Position numbers and translations under genes: made by a program. The notes beneath the pieces are model-generated. The model was not told where the DNA came from. It ran no database searches and was given only the letters and a program-made list of their open reading frames with translations. From the NCBI GenBank assembly GCA_034780895.1, contig JAUZTB010000118.1:61290804-61354803 (forward strand): 64,000 nucleotides of DNA, given 5' to 3'. This document shows positions 12,480-27,000 of the stretch, one piece after another. The stretch comes from Rhynchobatus australiae. Taxonomy: Eukaryota. The stretch's first letter is position 1; each line of letters starts with the position of its first letter.

Positions 12480-15080
12480 TTGTTATAGAATTGTAGTAAA
12501 TTTATAACGTAGAAGGAGGCAACTGATTTCATAGTATCTGCGATACTCAGCTTAATCCCATATTCTATTACTGGGTCCATAACCCTGCAGGTCACAGCTC
12601 TTCAAGTGCTCAACTAAATGCTGTTTAAATGTAGTGAGACTTTCCGTACTTGCCACCCTTTCAGGTAGTGAGTTCCAGACCCCTAAGTGGAAAAATATTT
12701 CTTCACCTGCCTTCTACCATTTCCTTAAATCTATGTCCCCTAGTTTTTGGCCCTTGTGCTAAGGAAAATAGCAGTCTCACTTCAGCCTCCTGTGTTCTGA
12801 AGAAATCTTATTTTACCTAATTAACTAATCTTTCCTCATAGCCATAGAAAATAGAGAGACCGTTCTGACCATCAGACACCCACTTACATTTATCCTTCAC
12901 TAATTCCATTTTATTCTCCCCACATTCCCATCAACTCCCGCAAGATTATGCCACACACCTACATGCTAGTGCACACTTGTATCTTTGGGTTTTGAGAGGT
13001 AGCCAATGCAATCACAAAAAGAACATGCAAACTCCACACACACAGCACCGGAGGTCAGGATTGAACCCAGGTTGCTGAGGCTGTGAGGCTGTGGCTCTAC
13101 TAGCTACGCCAGTCTAAACAGAAATTGATGGAAGTACTCAGCAGGTTAGGCAGCACCTGTTTCCAGTAATTCCTGTCTTAAGTAAAGATTTCCATCACCT
13201 GCAGTTTTTTTGTATTTTCTTTCCTCATTACTACAATTTTCCAGTCCTGGCAACATCTTCGTAAATCTCCCCCTGTAGCCTCTCCAGCTCAACCACACCT
13301 CTCTTATAATGTGGTGATCAAAACAGTATACAATACTCAAGTTATGGTCAAATTAGTGCTGTACAGTCCTTGCATAACCCCTCCGTTCTTATATTCTATT
13401 GTCTCAGTTAATAAACCCTCCCCCCCACCCCCATGTGCCTTTTTAACCACCTTATTGATTTCTCTTGCTACCTTTGGCATACACTCTAAGGTATATCTGT
13501 TCTTTCACACCTCTAAGTATCCTCCCATTTATTGTAAATTCTCTTGCCTCACTGTACTTCCCAAATGTATTACCACAAACTTGTGGATTAAATTCTATTA
13601 GCTATTTTGCTTCCCAACTTATCAGCCCATCTACATCTTCCTGCAGCTTAACTCTTTCCTCTTCACTGTCAAACACACATTTAACTTTTGTAACGTCTGC
13701 AGATTTCTTTATCATGGCCTAATTACATTAAAATAAGCATAGGTACCAAGCCCTGTGGAACCCCATTGGTAAAAGCTTTCCGGCCACAAAAGTACCCATC
13801 AGCCATTAACTTTTGCTTTGTGCTACATAGCCACAATTTTGGATCCAATTTACCAATCTTCCTTGGATCCCAAATGATTTTATTTCATTTATTCCACCAC
13901 ATGAGACCTTCTAAAAAAAACATTGCAACAAAAGCACTGCCCTTATCAACCAGTTTTTGGCTTTTGTTTGGCTCTTCAAAAGAATTAATCTGGTTAGAAA
14001 GGCATTATCTTACCTTAACAAATCCATGATGACTGTCCCTGATTAATCTGTAATTTTCTAAATGAAGGTTTATATTGTCACTCAGAATTGGTTCCAATAA
14101 TTTGCCCACCACTCAATTGACCTGTAATTAAAATAAAAAAAACTGCACTTGGTGGAAATCTGAAATTACTTGGTTTACCCCTTCCTCCCTTTATAAACAA
14201 TGCCACAATTATGGAGTCCTCTCTGATCCTCTGGCACGCCTTTTGCAGCTAGGGAGGATTGAAAAAATACTGTCCAAGCCTCTGAAATTTCCTCACTTTC
14301 TTCTTTCCACATCTGGAATATATTTCATCCTGATCTGGTGATTTATCCACTTTCAAAAACAATAAACCATTTAATACTTACACTTACTGTGTTTATCCCA
14401 TCCAATATTTCATACTTGTCCTAATTTAACTACTTTACCCTATACTTGAAGAAACTTGGCCACATTCTCCACAATTTAAATAATTGACAGGACCTTCTCT
14501 TTCCATGGTTATCCCCTTGTTCATTTGGTATTTGTAAAACATCTTTGGACATTATTTGATTTTAGTCATGAGTATTTTTTTCATACTCCATCTTTACTTT
14601 CCTAATTTCCCTTTTAATTTCCTTTCTCTCCAATACTTTTCCAGGCTTTCTGCACCATTAAAACTCTCATTGTCTGACATAAGCTTCACTGATTTATCCA
14701 GTTATTCAGGAGGCTCTTGGCAGTCCCATCCTTTTTCTTTATCTACCCTAAACCCCTTGAGACTTCTTCCTGAATGCATCCCATTGCTCAGATTAACTTT
14801 CAAGTAACTGGTTCCTGTCCATTTTTGATAAATTATTTCTGTTCAGTAAAGTTGGCCTCTACCCCCAATTTAAAACCTCTACACTTAATTTTGTTGTCCT
14901 TCTCCACGAATATACTAAACTTCACTACCACAGAAATGCCCTTCTACTGATTTTCCATTCACCTATTGAATTTCAGTCCATGAAACTAAATTCAGAACTG
15001 ACCTTGTCCACTCCACTCCATTTCCCCCTCTCATTTTGTTGGGCTTATTAACTGTTGTTCTCCTGAATGCAATGTAGGAA
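12480..15080 (-). mobile_element. Old CR1 LINE with a nested SINE (~12845-13110) and Penelope-type hairpin (~13115-13215)
   Basis: CR1 motifs (ccagtcctggcaacatc; ORF piece RFTKMLPGLENCSNEER) flank an inverted V-SINE (gcaaactccacacacacagcaccggaggtcaggattgaacccagg). Confidence 0.7.
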
Positions 15081-15689
15081 TTCTCTGCCCCCCTGTCCAG
15101 TTGGTTGTCATTGTATCAGTAAAGGCACCGTTTTGACAGCCCTCTGTCTTGCGGCCCAGACTGCCCCCTTTTGCCCTCATCACCTGCGCTGCCAGATGTG
15201 GAAGCTCCAGCCTGTGTATTTTCGACAGCTATTATGAAAGGGTTGCAATGACAGGAGCAAGGCTTGGAAAATCTTACCCAAGGGTGAATGGGGCAGTTGA
15301 ACATGAACCAGAGAGGAAAGAGGGTAGAGAGTGACATAGAGAGGTTATTGGAGAAAAGGGGGTTGATTTGGGGGTAAAGAAGGGGATGAGGCTGAAAGAG
15401 TTAAAATGGAGCTCCCCAGTAACCGGAAGTTTAAAATACAAACACAAACCATTCCCAATAAACAGGACAGAGGAGCCATTCAGTCCCTCATACACATTCC
15501 ACTATTCAATTAGAACATAGCTGATCTGTTCAGTAATTCTATCTGAACTGCCTTAGCTCCATAACCCAACAAAAATCTNNNNNNNNNNNNNNNNNNNNNN
15601 NNNNNNNNNNNNNNNNNNNNNNNNNNNNNNNNNNNNNNNNNNNNNNNNNNNNNNNNNNNNNNNNNNNNNNNNNNNNNNAATCCTGGCAA

Positions 15690-15935
15690 CCAAGTTTAAA
15701 GCCCACCATTGTAGGCTATGGAATTTATGTTCAGTTTTTTTAGAAAAAGTTGAGAAAGATGACTATGACAACTACCAAATTATCATAAAAACCCATTTGG
15801 TTCACCGAAGTCCTTGGGAAATTTGCTATCCTCACCTAGCCAAGCTTCCAGACCCAAAGCATACCATTCTGTTCAGGGAAATTAGGGATGGGCAATAAAT
15901 GCTGGCCTTCGCAGCACTACCCACATCCCAAAAAG
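15690..15935 (+). mobile_element. LINE 3' end fragment (CR1/L2 group)
   Basis: Tail motif aattagggatgggcaataaatgctggccttcgcagcactacccacatccca. Confidence 0.5.
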
Positions 15936-17087
15936 CATGTAACTAAATAAATGACAAAAATTTATATTTTATTCAATCAATTTCAGAATATTTGCTTCTC
16001 TGTCGGTGATCTGCCTATCTTGCTTCTCCCTAAATTAAGATAGTGGCAATGAGCCCTTCTAATTTGCTGTAATTGATGTAGTTAAGGTGCTTTCACAACA
16101 CTGTTAGGGAGTTCAAGGATATTGACAATGAAACTGAAGAAACCAGCCTGAATATTCTCATGCATCTTTAAGGCCTCAAGAATTACNNNNNNNNNNNNNN
16201 NNNNNNNNNNNNNNNNNNNNNNNNNNNNNNNNNNNNNNNNNNNNNNNNNNNNNNNNNNNNNNNNNNNNNNNNNNNNNNNNNNNNNNATGCATCTTTAAGG
16301 CCTCAAGAATTACAAATTGGGCCTTGCACATTTTTTTGGTCTGAAGGTGAAGCCAGACAAAATTCTAATTTGTGGCAGAGATAGAGAAGCTATCAGTTAA
16401 TTGGCCTGCAGGTAGGGAGTTGGGACTGGTTTGCAGATGAAAGGCTCCATGGTGACTGGGTCTACTGGGTTATCAAGTGAGGGATCAATTGGACCTCCAT
16501 AGGAGTGTTGCTGAGTTAATAGGAAGGTCAGCAGGGTGATGAGGAAGGGGAATGTGTGGACAGCTGGAGGGTCTAACCAAGACCAATTTATCAGTCTAAA
16601 TATCTACGCTGAGAACATAGGCGATGTGTAGGGAAACTTCCAGCTGAATGACAATGGTCTCATGCTGTGAAGTTCATTCTATTATATAACAGTATACACT
16701 ACAGCCAAGGAATCAACAGTGGATGAAGTGAATAGTTAAGCCAATGCACTGCCGGTGGATTGCTTTGATTTAGATGACAATGAGTTTACATCTTATTGCA
16801 TTTTGAACTGATGTTTTCCAGATCTATGCACAAATTCATGACAAATAGCTTGTTTACACTTATGACACCCTGAAAAAAGACCTCATCAGCAAGCCAACTG
16901 AATCAGTTACTGGACGAGATCTTACACATACGACTCTAAACTAGCTGACAAAGCCACCTTTTACAGCAAAAGCAACTCAAGTCTTCATTTCAACTGCAGC
17001 TATAAAAATCAAACAATGGAACATATAATGGAAGACTACCTCTCCAATCTTTTCCAGGACACATGGCTTACACTGACCTTGCCATAA

Positions 17088-17255
17088 TAAAAACAGAAAA
17101 CATTGGAAACATTCAGCAGGTCAGGCAGCAAATCTGGAAAGACAAACAGTTAATGTTTCAGGTCCGGGAACCTGAACCTTCCTCTTTCCACATTGCTGCC
17201 TAACCTGCTGAGTATTTTAAGTATTTTCTGTTTTTATTTTAGATTTCCAGCATCC
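17088..17255. mobile_element. Penelope-associated inverted-repeat element
   Basis: Arms cagaaaacattggaaacattcagcaggtcaggcagca and tgctgcctaacctgctgagtattttaagtattttctg are imperfect reverse complements. Confidence 0.7.
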
Positions 17256-17619
17256 TCATTTTTAAAAATTTTCATTGACTAAGCCATACCTGACAGCAGA
17301 ATCTGGCTCCAAAACCCAATTATTATAATGCAGTGCTAGAACCAACACTTTTTACAATGTTAAAAGACATTTACAATATCTCCCCCAGAAGCTAAGTCAG
17401 AAGAACACATTTATAGCATAGGTGGTGTCTATTTGGTCCATTAGAGGAATACAAAATTAATCCTAGCACCCTGTTCTTTTCCTCAAGTCCCTCATCTACC
17501 TCTGCTCCAAAGTTTTATTTCCTTGCACAAAGGATACTAAATCCCTTGTTACACATTTCCTATGAATAGTATCCTTTCTTTTAAATTACCATTTCCACCT
17601 TTGTGAATTCATTAAAAAT

Positions 17620-18260
17620 AGATGATGCTAACAAGGCCAGCATTTCCAATTACTCTGAAAAAGGTGCCAGTAAGTCATGGTTTTGATAAAATGCAGCCTC
17701 CTGGTAAAAATACTTCCATGGTAGTGTTAGGTATTGAGTTCTAGGATTTTAATTCGACAGCATTGAAGATACAACAACACATTTCCAAGTCAGGACACTG
17801 TGCGTGACTGGAGAGAAAACCTGGGGCGTTTGGGGTTTGCATGCATCTGCTACTTTTGTCCTTCCAAGGATGGAAGTAGCAGGCTTCAGAGGTACTGGTG
17901 AAATAATCTAATGGTGCACACTGCAGGCAATAAGAGCCAATGGCAGACTTTGTGCTCGAGGATGAATGCAGTGCCAATCAAGGAACCTGAATAGCCCCAG
18001 ATGTTGCAAGTCTAACAACAGTCAGAGCTTGACATTTATCCAAGTACAAAATATTCCTTCAAACTGTTGGTATGCCTTTAAGATGATGAAAAGAATTTGA
18101 GAAGTTAGGAGGTGACTCACTCTCTGCATAACAAATTGTTGACCTGCTTTGCACCAACAGTATTTGCGTAAGATGCCAATACCTTTCTGATCAATACTGA
18201 CCATCCCATGATGTTGATTTTCAGGAATTCAATAAAAGTCAAGGGAATCGTCAAGGGGAA
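17620..18260 (-). mobile_element. Old degenerate LINE fragment (CR1/L2 group)
   Basis: Starts gatgatgctaacaaggccagcattt, the reverse complement of the 15900 tail, and resembles 4090-4610. Confidence 0.5.
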
Positions 18261-18519
18261 TTGACCTGTATCACTTACTTCATGAAAGCTGTGGGATCAC
18301 AGATCAATTGGTTCTATGGGTTTATGATCCTTCTTCTGTGACAGGACAGCATAATTTAGTAGAGCAACCAGAAAAGGAGATAAACAGTCAACATGATAAA
18401 ATATAGAATAAGGAGCAGGATCTATACCCATAAACAAAAGGAAAAGGAGAAAAAAGATCTCTTTGTAACAAGTATTTGCTGCAGAACATTCACGATAATG
18501 GTGAAATGCAGGAACTAAT

Positions 18520-18800
18520 TTATATGGTCAGGAACAGCCCTTAGACCCACCATGCTGCCACCCTAACTAATCCCATCTGCCTGCACGTAGTCTGTATTCT
18601 TCTATTCCCTGCCTGTTCATATGTTTAAGTGCCACTTAAATTACAACATGACTTCTCAACTTTTATAATCAATGCCCCAACTGATGAAGGCAAGCATCTC
18701 CTATGCCTTCCTTAACACCCTACCCACTTGTGCTGCCACTTTCAGGAAGCTATGGACTTGCACTCCAAGATCCCTCTGTTCATCAATGCAAGTGTCCACA
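18520..18800 (-). mobile_element. CR1 fragment with internal deletion
   Basis: ORF piece IDEQRDLGVQVHSFLKVAAQVGRVLRKA is a typical CR1 RT C-terminal segment. Confidence 0.8.
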
Positions 18801-18844
18801 GATCTACAAAATATTTGACCAGAAATCCTTTTGGCAATGTTGTC

Positions 18845-19075
18845 TGAGTGATAAATGTTGGTAGCAATATTGAGCCAAAATCCTCCCACTATATTGGCAT
18901 ATTTTGTATCATGGCATCTTTTATATCTACTCGAGAAGGCAGAGATCAGCTTTCGTAGAGCAGCACTGCCTTCATACAGCACTCAAATGTCAGCCTAGAT
19001 GTCTGGCTTTAGAGTGGGAATTAAGCCCCTAATCTTCCAATTTAAAGGCAACACTGCTACCTGAACCTCAGCTAC
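18845..19075 (-). mobile_element. DeuSINE (SacSINE1/AmnSINE-like) remnant
   Basis: Inverted Deu-domain-like motifs (gataaatgttgg; catggcatcttttatatc; gcagcactgccttcatacagcact; gtcagcctagat) and a tRNA-like head. Confidence 0.6.
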
Positions 19076-19099
19076 ATCCAACAAGATTTATAATTTGAA

Positions 19100-19580
19100 A
19101 ATCAAAACACTGAAGATGTGAAAATCTGAAATAAAAACAGAAAGTGCTGGAAATACTCAGCCAGTCAGGCTGAGGTGGAGATCAGAATACCTCCATTCAG
19201 TCCACAATGTTGACTCTGAGGTCCAATCACACGTCATTTTAATTCTCCAATCCACTCCCACCTTTGATCTCCTACACTGTTCCAATAAAACCTGATGTAA
19301 GCCTGAGGAACAGCTCCTCATCTTCTCTCTATGCATGCTGCAGCCTTTAGGACTCAATACTGAATTCATCAATTTCAGAAAACCAGCCTTTCCTATTTGT
19401 ATCAGAGCTGAACAATCTTAAAAATCTTCATATACATCCTATCACAGATATTTCCTTTGTTCCCTCTGCAACTTAAAGTTTTCTTGCTTTTCAGATTCTA
19501 ATGAATGGGCATTGACCTGCTATGTTGGCGGTTTCTCTCTCCAAAGATGTTGCCTAACCTACTGGGTTATCTCCAATACT
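19100..19580 (+). mobile_element. Penelope-like element remnant: inverted arms around a GIY-YIG C-terminal fragment
   Basis: 19305-19379 translates to EEQLLIFSLCMLQPLGLNTEFINFR, resembling the recalled Penelope endonuclease end (ExxxI...L.P.G.N). It is flanked by the family arms in inverted orientation. Confidence 0.7.
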
Positions 19581-22500
19581 TGACCTTTTTTTAAGGTTTA
19601 AAGTTCAATTACCGATTTCTGATAAAAGTTCAAAATTATTAAAGAATTTGAAGCTACTGTTATAATGCCAATTTATTCCCTACTGCAATTCCACCAATGA
19701 CAGCAAATCATCAGCCTAAATAAAATGGCATCAAGTAGGATGCACAGCAGTAAAAACATTGTCTTCAACCAAGATTTCTAACATCTGCACAACATCTGAT
19801 GGCAAATACAAAAGTTTTCATTACAGGCACTTCTTTCTAAATTGGTAGCAGAAGGTGTATTGAAATTACCCCTGCTGTCTACTTTGTTGCTTGCCAACTA
19901 AGTAGTTGCAAAGTGCATTTAAAAGAAATACAATCGCAGAAGCTCTGATATTTTAAATTATATGCAGCTGTCAAAAGCTGCCTCACAACAAAAACACGGC
20001 AATCCTCAAAGCATAGGAACTGGAATGTTTAAGATATTTAAGAACAGAACATTGGAAGAATGAGACAAAAGGGTGAGCAAAAGTACACTTAAAAAATAAA
20101 GTTAGAGGAAGTTTTTATTGGGAAAGACAGATTTACAAATTGAATTTCAGAGTGCAGGAGTTTGGTGGCCAAAGGTATGAAGGATGTACCATTAATGGGG
20201 GGGGGGGGGGGGCGGAAGAGAAGGCAGTAACATTCAGTACCTCAAACAGAAAGAGAAGGTGCATACTGGTAAACTTCATGTAGCAAGACTGCAGATGTAA
20301 GAAAGTAAATATTAATTGATGTGCTTGGAGCTACTGAGATCAGGGATTCAACAAGTGCAGAACATTTGTACAGGATGAAGCACAAGTAAAAAATAGATAC
20401 TAAATTTCAGCAGATTATTTAACAGCAACTGTAAATCCAATTCACACTACAGGTAAGATCACTAAACACCAATCATGAATGGGAATACTGATTCATTGTC
20501 TTGTTTCCTTAACACTGGACATCAAGGCCAAATGGAACTTAAATTTAGTACTGTCCATGTCTTAATACTAAACCACGCAGCCCATTGACCGTGAGTCTAT
20601 TTTTACTGTTCACATTTATTTTCAGTTTTTTCAGCAACAGAGCAAAATGAGATTATATGCTGCCATAACCCACTGGTTGTATGATGATGCTAATAAGAAA
20701 ATTAAGATAATTAAAGGGAAGATGTTCTGTATTGATAAAATTTTTCACTACATAACAAACGCACACATTCATCAAAAATATTGCATGNNNNNNNNNNNNN
20801 NNNNNNNNNNNNNNNNNNNNNNNNNNNNNNNNNNNNNNNNNNNNNNNNNNNNNNNNNNNNNNNNNNNNNNNNNNNNNNNNNNNNNNNCAAACGCACACAT
20901 TCATCAAAAATATTGCATGAAATTGATCTGCAGTCTTCCAAACAATTAATAGCAGGAAATTTACCATGACCTGAAACATCATACTTAAATATTTTTGGTC
21001 CTTTCCTTCTTAATTCATTCTTTTTCTTCAGGCACTCATTCAATCAGATGTCCTGAATGTGAAATGATACACTAGATGTGAAAAATCAGTGGCAATCCAA
21101 GTCAAATGGAAAATTTGATAATGGATTAAAGGACCAGCACTGAATTTCAACTTTTGCTAATCTACTGAAGGGTTCAATTCTTGCTATAGAATGCACTAAT
21201 TTTTGAAAGTTAAATAATCTATCATTCACATTCCATCTGTAATACCTACTGAAGTATCCCTTACACTAACTGAAAAATTACTACTTCCAATTCTATTTGA
21301 AGTTAAAAACACACACTAGATTCTCATCAGAACTAATTAACAATTTTCAATGTGGAGATATTTCAGGAAAGGAAGATATATATAGTATCATTGTGCTATT
21401 CAATTTTATAGCTTCAAAAACCATGCTTCACTATTATTTTTACCTGGTTAATCAATTGTAAAGAATTGATAAGATGCTCTGATATTTACACCATATTTTT
21501 CAGTTTACCATCCAGATAAGCATTATTCAAGAATGCTTTTGCCATATATAACACCTTGCTCATCCTTACATCTTAGTCAATTGCAAGAAAATCTTCAATC
21601 CTTTTCCATTTAAGAAATACAAACGTAGTATTTTGCACTCTCAATTTTTGGCTTATCAAGTTGGTCTTTCCCTTCCTCCTTTCAAAATGAATTTTTTCTT
21701 GAGTTTAGTAAATGCCAAGGAACATAGTGCATTTCTTGTGAGGTTTAAGAATGTGGAAATAGAAAGAGAATAATGGATTCATTTAAGATCAAATCAACTA
21801 AAATAGAGGGAAAATGAGACTGGACTACAAAAAAACAGAAAAGAGACAAAAAAATAGAAGATGTAAATATGACATATACAATCTCAAGCAATTTACCGCT
21901 ATGAATGAATGAGATGNNNNNNNNNNNNNNNNNNNNNNNNNNNNNNNNNNNNNNNNNNNNNNNNNNNNNNNNNNNNNNNNNNNNNNNNNNNNNNNNNNNN
22001 NNNNNNNNNNNNNNNNATACAATCTCAAGCAATTTACCGCTTTGAATGAATGAGATGCCACAGATAACTGTTCATTTTCTGAGAGAGAAAATGGCAGTCA
22101 TTAACATTTACCACATTGTTAACTGGATGCTTATGATGCTAATTACTAGCCTTAATTTTTTCTGACAAGTTTAGAGGGCAATTAATGTGCAAATGCAGCA
22201 ACTTCATGAAAAAACAGCAATATGGGGGTGGTATATCATTTTCACAAATCTAGGATGGAGCAGTGCAAAACATCAAAGCAACTTGTGGCAATTTGCAATT
22301 AGCAGGAGAATTATTTCTCTCCATTAGATGCTGATCAATTTGTGCATTAATAATAGCATGTGTTGCTCAGCTGCTTTTTATTTGTATGTATGCTAGTTTC
22401 AAAAGGCAGTCAAATGGATATGTGCCTATTTCACATGGAAAGAGCAATTCAAAACCCCATAAAATTCACTGTGTTTTAAAAGATGCATGCGGATCAGCAA

Positions 22501-22639
22501 TGGAACTCCAAAACAATAGCAAAGGTTTTCATCAATGTCTCTTTACAAAATATCCCCATAAGGATAATTTTATATTATTCAAGAAATCCACAGAAATGAA
22601 TTTTCAGATACTTTAGAAGCAAAAGATTAAAAAGTATGA

Positions 22640-22970
22640 GCATTAGGATAGCACAGCAGTACACAGCTCCAGCAACCCCAGCTTGACCCTGACCCTGGGT
22701 GTAACTGTAGAATTTGCATGATCTCCTTATAACCATGTGGGCTTGTCCCAGGTCTTCCAATTTTCTCTGACGTACCAAAAATGTGCTGGTTGATAGATTA
22801 ATTAGCCACTGCAAATCACCTCTGGTGTAGTTGGATGGTAGGAGGATCTAGGGAGTTGATGGGCATGTGACAGAATAGGTTATTAGGTTATAGTGAAATA
22901 ACTGGGAGAATAGGATAAGAACACTCAGAGTTGGTATAAGGCTTGATGAGCTGAATGGTCTCCCTTTACA
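22640..22970 (+). mobile_element. Degenerate V-SINE-like element
   Basis: cacagctccagcaaccccagcttgaccctgaccctggg...accatgtgggctt...attagccactgcaaatcacc. Confidence 0.6.
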
Positions 22971-25409
22971 ACTCGAAGAAAATACAAGAAATCTCTGATG
23001 GTATTGCCATTGTCTGAGTTTGAGGATATGTTCTTATAAATTCCTTTGCATAATATTTACTTCAGCATTTTGCAATTTGAAAAATGATTTTATGCAGANN
23101 NNNNNNNNNNNNNNNNNNNNNNNNNNNNNNNNNNNNNNNNNNNNNNNNNNNNNNNNNNNNNNNNNNNNNNNNNNNNNNNNNNNNNNNNNNNNNNNNNNTG
23201 CAGAACACAGTGCATTAACAACCATTTTTGGGTTGCTTCACATCACTTCAGAAATTCGACCAGGCACTTGCTGGCTCACATCAAGTTTGCAAACCTGGCC
23301 TCGGCACGTTTGGTGATGTAATTCTCTTTTTGGAGCAATAAAGGAAACTTGGACAACAATCTCATTGGTCTCTCCCAGAACAACACGCTCTTACCAGCAC
23401 GCAGCTGGACTGGGCTACCCGCCAGATAAATGAATAAATGACTTATCCTCATCCTTCGGCCAATCACATATCTAAATCCACACCACACCATCCCCTGATC
23501 ATTACCCAATCCTTCCACCCCTTACCCCAGGATCTCTCAGCCCTGCAATTAATCCTCTTCAATAAAAATGACAGAACCTGACTCCCCACCCCCATGACAA
23601 ATCAACTGAAGCTCCCAATTTTTTTTCTCCCCACAACACCATTATTCAACTGCCCTCCACCATCCAACTGGTCAGCCTTTCCTCCCGTCCCCAGTCTAAC
23701 TACACCTACCAACATCACCCATGTATTTGCCACTCCATTTTCTGAAACCTAAGCTCTGCTTCTCTCTTCCCAGACAGAGCTGAAGCACAGGTCCCATCTG
23801 ACCTTCAGCTGATGATCTCTCTAATCCCAGTCTCCAAAAGTGGTCCAAGTCCTCAATGGGCTCAAGTGTTGAAGCTGACATCCCTTAATTAGAGAATTGC
23901 CTCAAATTTTGTCTGTAATTACTCAAAACTGTAAACAAAAACTTTATTGCATTTTTATAAAATATTATTTAGTAATTAATATTGTTTAATCATTTTATAT
24001 CATCTTAATAGTTTTTAAATGTCTCTCACCGTCAGATCAGGAAAATTTGGCCCATCATGTTAGGATGAGTGACCAAATTCAGTGTAGTAAGATAGTTCCT
24101 TTTAAGAATGTCATTTGCAGGACTGTAAACAAGTCAATTGACAGCTCTACTGGCTAATTCTTATATATGGAGAAATGGGAAAAGGTTAAGGACACTCCCC
24201 TCCCTTTTTTTCAGTGAAGTATCAGAAGGACTCAATCAAACCATTTGCCTGAGGCAGTTTAGAAAAGCTAGTGAAGATAACAAAGAGAGCAAGAGTTCTG
24301 TTTATAAGGAAGCAATAATCACGTTCAGAGGAGTAACTTGCCAGACAATGGAAGTACCCTAATAATAGGAACAACTGTATTATTCTCTAAGTTGCAGTTT
24401 GCAAAGCCAGAATGCTGTAGCCCATCATTGACATCAATCACATGGGTTACAATAACACAGAGTTTAAGACTTAAATCATACACTGCAGGAACATTGGGGT
24501 GAGGTGCATTAGAATGTTATAGGGCATTCTCAAGAACACAGCAGCATAGAGAATGAGGCCTGAAATAGAAAACTCTCCTATGAACTTATTCAGTTTGTTC
24601 AAGTGTTTTGGAAAAAATAAAATAAATTTAACAAGTGCTCAGAAAATGAGGAGATCTGTCATTATACTTCAACTCAGAAAAGCCAAAAATGAATGTTGAA
24701 AATTTTTGGAAAGTACATATGGAACTTTCTGCTGAAGCGATTTAGTAGAGAATTGAAAAGATATNNNNNNNNNNNNNNNNNNNNNNNNNNNNNNNNNNNN
24801 NNNNNNNNNNNNNNNNNNNNNNNNNNNNNNNNNNNNNNNNNNNNNNNNNNNNNNNNNNNNNNNNTTTAGTAGAGAATTGAAAAGATATTTAATTCCATCA
24901 TACCTGTAATATTTGATGTTTATCATTTACTGTAAGCAATAGCTGAAGCAAAAACTAGGTACAGTATTTTTCCCCCAGAGTTTTTGGATGTTTCAGTTAA
25001 TTCACCTTTCCCCTTTATTAGTAGATTCGATTGACTGATTAATGGGAATTTGTTATTTTCTTTAGTTCCTATGAGTTGTTCCATCATTTTCCTTGTCATT
25101 GTTATTTCTCCAGATCCAGTTTGCTTTTTTAATTTTGTATTAAGGCATGAAATTATACAAAGGAAGTGTGTAAGGAAAGTGTGTTAGATACAAAATATCA
25201 GTATGCGCTTCCAGCCATTTCAACCTTTTGATTATCTGTTAGCATATATTATAGATTGATGTAGATCATTAGAACACTGAAAACTATTTCCATACAATGG
25301 AGTGAAATTTTTCACAGAAGCTGCAAGATTTCCAGAGCAAGCTTGTTACATCTGAGTAATTAATAAGTTCTCAGCTATAACATACCAGCTCTTAAATTCA
25401 TTCCTATCC

Positions 25410-25840
25410 AAACATAAGAAAGAGGAACAGGGATAGGCCATTTGGCCTTTTGAGCTTGCTCCTCCATTCATCAAGATCATGACTGATCTACTTCAACACT
25501 ATTTTCCTGCACAATCCCCATGTCCTTTGATTTCCTTAATCTACAGAAATCGATTTCTGTTTTGAATGAACTCAAAGAATGAGCATCCACAGCCCTCTGG
25601 GATAGAGAATTCCAAAGATTCAACATACTATGTGTGAAGAAATTTATCCTCATTCGTGCTAAACAGCCTACCTCTCATTCTGAGATAGTGAACCCGGGAT
25701 CTATATTCCTTAGCCAAGGGAAACATCCTCCCTGCATCCAATCTGTGTAGCCACACAAGAATTCTGTAAATTTCAATGAGATATTCTTTCATTCTCCTAA
25801 ACTCTAGAGAATGTAAGCTTAATCTACTCAATCTTTCATC
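25410..25840 (-). mobile_element. CR1 3' fragment
   Basis: Inverted tail aacataagaaagaggaacagggataggcca; ORF piece RLSLHSLEFRRMKEYLIEIYRIL. Confidence 0.8.
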
Positions 25841-26364
25841 ATTTGGTCTTTGACATCACAAAACAAAATTGACCAATCACTGCTTCACCATTAAAGCACA
25901 GAGAAGACTCTAGGTAAATATACAGTGATAGATCTGTGGAAGATTTACAGGTATGTTATATGCCAAGTGTATATTATAGAAAATTTTCCCCCCAAAAGCA
26001 TTGCAACTCAACTTCCAAAATCTAGAAAAGTATAACAAAATGTACTTCTATTTATCTGATTGTACAAATCAAGTGACATGATCAATGTGGAGGGGTTCAG
26101 TGGTTTTAGCCACCAGCTCTGGATGAACCAGACTTTTTGCATTTGCCAAGTTGAGTCTTTTCCCCCTTACCCTCTGTGTTACAAAATCAACTTGCTCCTC
26201 CACTGACTTCCACCTCAGCTAAAAATCCTCAACTGCGCCACAGTCACCTGCAACCTCCCAGTTCTCAAACTCTTCTTGTTGGTCTCTCATCCTCCATCTT
26301 TAGCTCATCCAACTCTTAATAGTTCAGCATTGCTGTCCTTGCTGACTACACTAGCTCATAATTC

Positions 26365-27000
26365 ACCAGCATCAGGTTGATCCATGACCTAAAAAGTTTA
26401 GATTATGAGGACATGTTATCTAGACTTGGCTCAGATTCAGGAGTGATTTAACTTAGGCAAGGAAAAGATCACACAGGTTAGATAGAAACTATTTCCATTC
26501 TGGGGGTGTTGAGTAACTGAAAGCATAACCTCAACATTAGAACTAAACCTTTCAGAAGAGATGCCAGGAAGCATCTGTGTGCACAAAAAGTAATTGAAAA
26601 CTGGAACTGCTACCTAAATGCTGATGTACCAAGAAATAATCCAGTCTGATAATAGGTAGATTTTAAAATGATATTAAATAGCAGAAGACCACTCGATTCC
26701 TCTTGCCTGCTCCTCCATTCAATAAGATCATCGTTCATTATTTCCCTTGCCTTCACTTTCCTGCGTTAACCCATATCCCTTGATTCCATTAGCATTCAAA
26801 AATCTACTGACATCTGTCATGAATATGCTAAGCAACTGCTCCTCCACAGCAGATAATGAATTCAAAAAAATTCACCAAACTCTGGGTGAAGAAATTCCTT
26901 CTCATCTGAATGGCTGTTTAAAGACTGTGATTGCTGGTACTAGCCCAGCCAGGGGTAACCTACCTTGTCAAGCCCCTTATGAATTTTTGTTAATTTAGGG
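26365..27000. mobile_element. Degenerate CR1 fragments in opposite orientations
   Basis: Plus-strand RT end at 26365-26660 and minus-strand tail at 26680-27000 (ctcctccattcaataagatcat). Confidence 0.55.
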
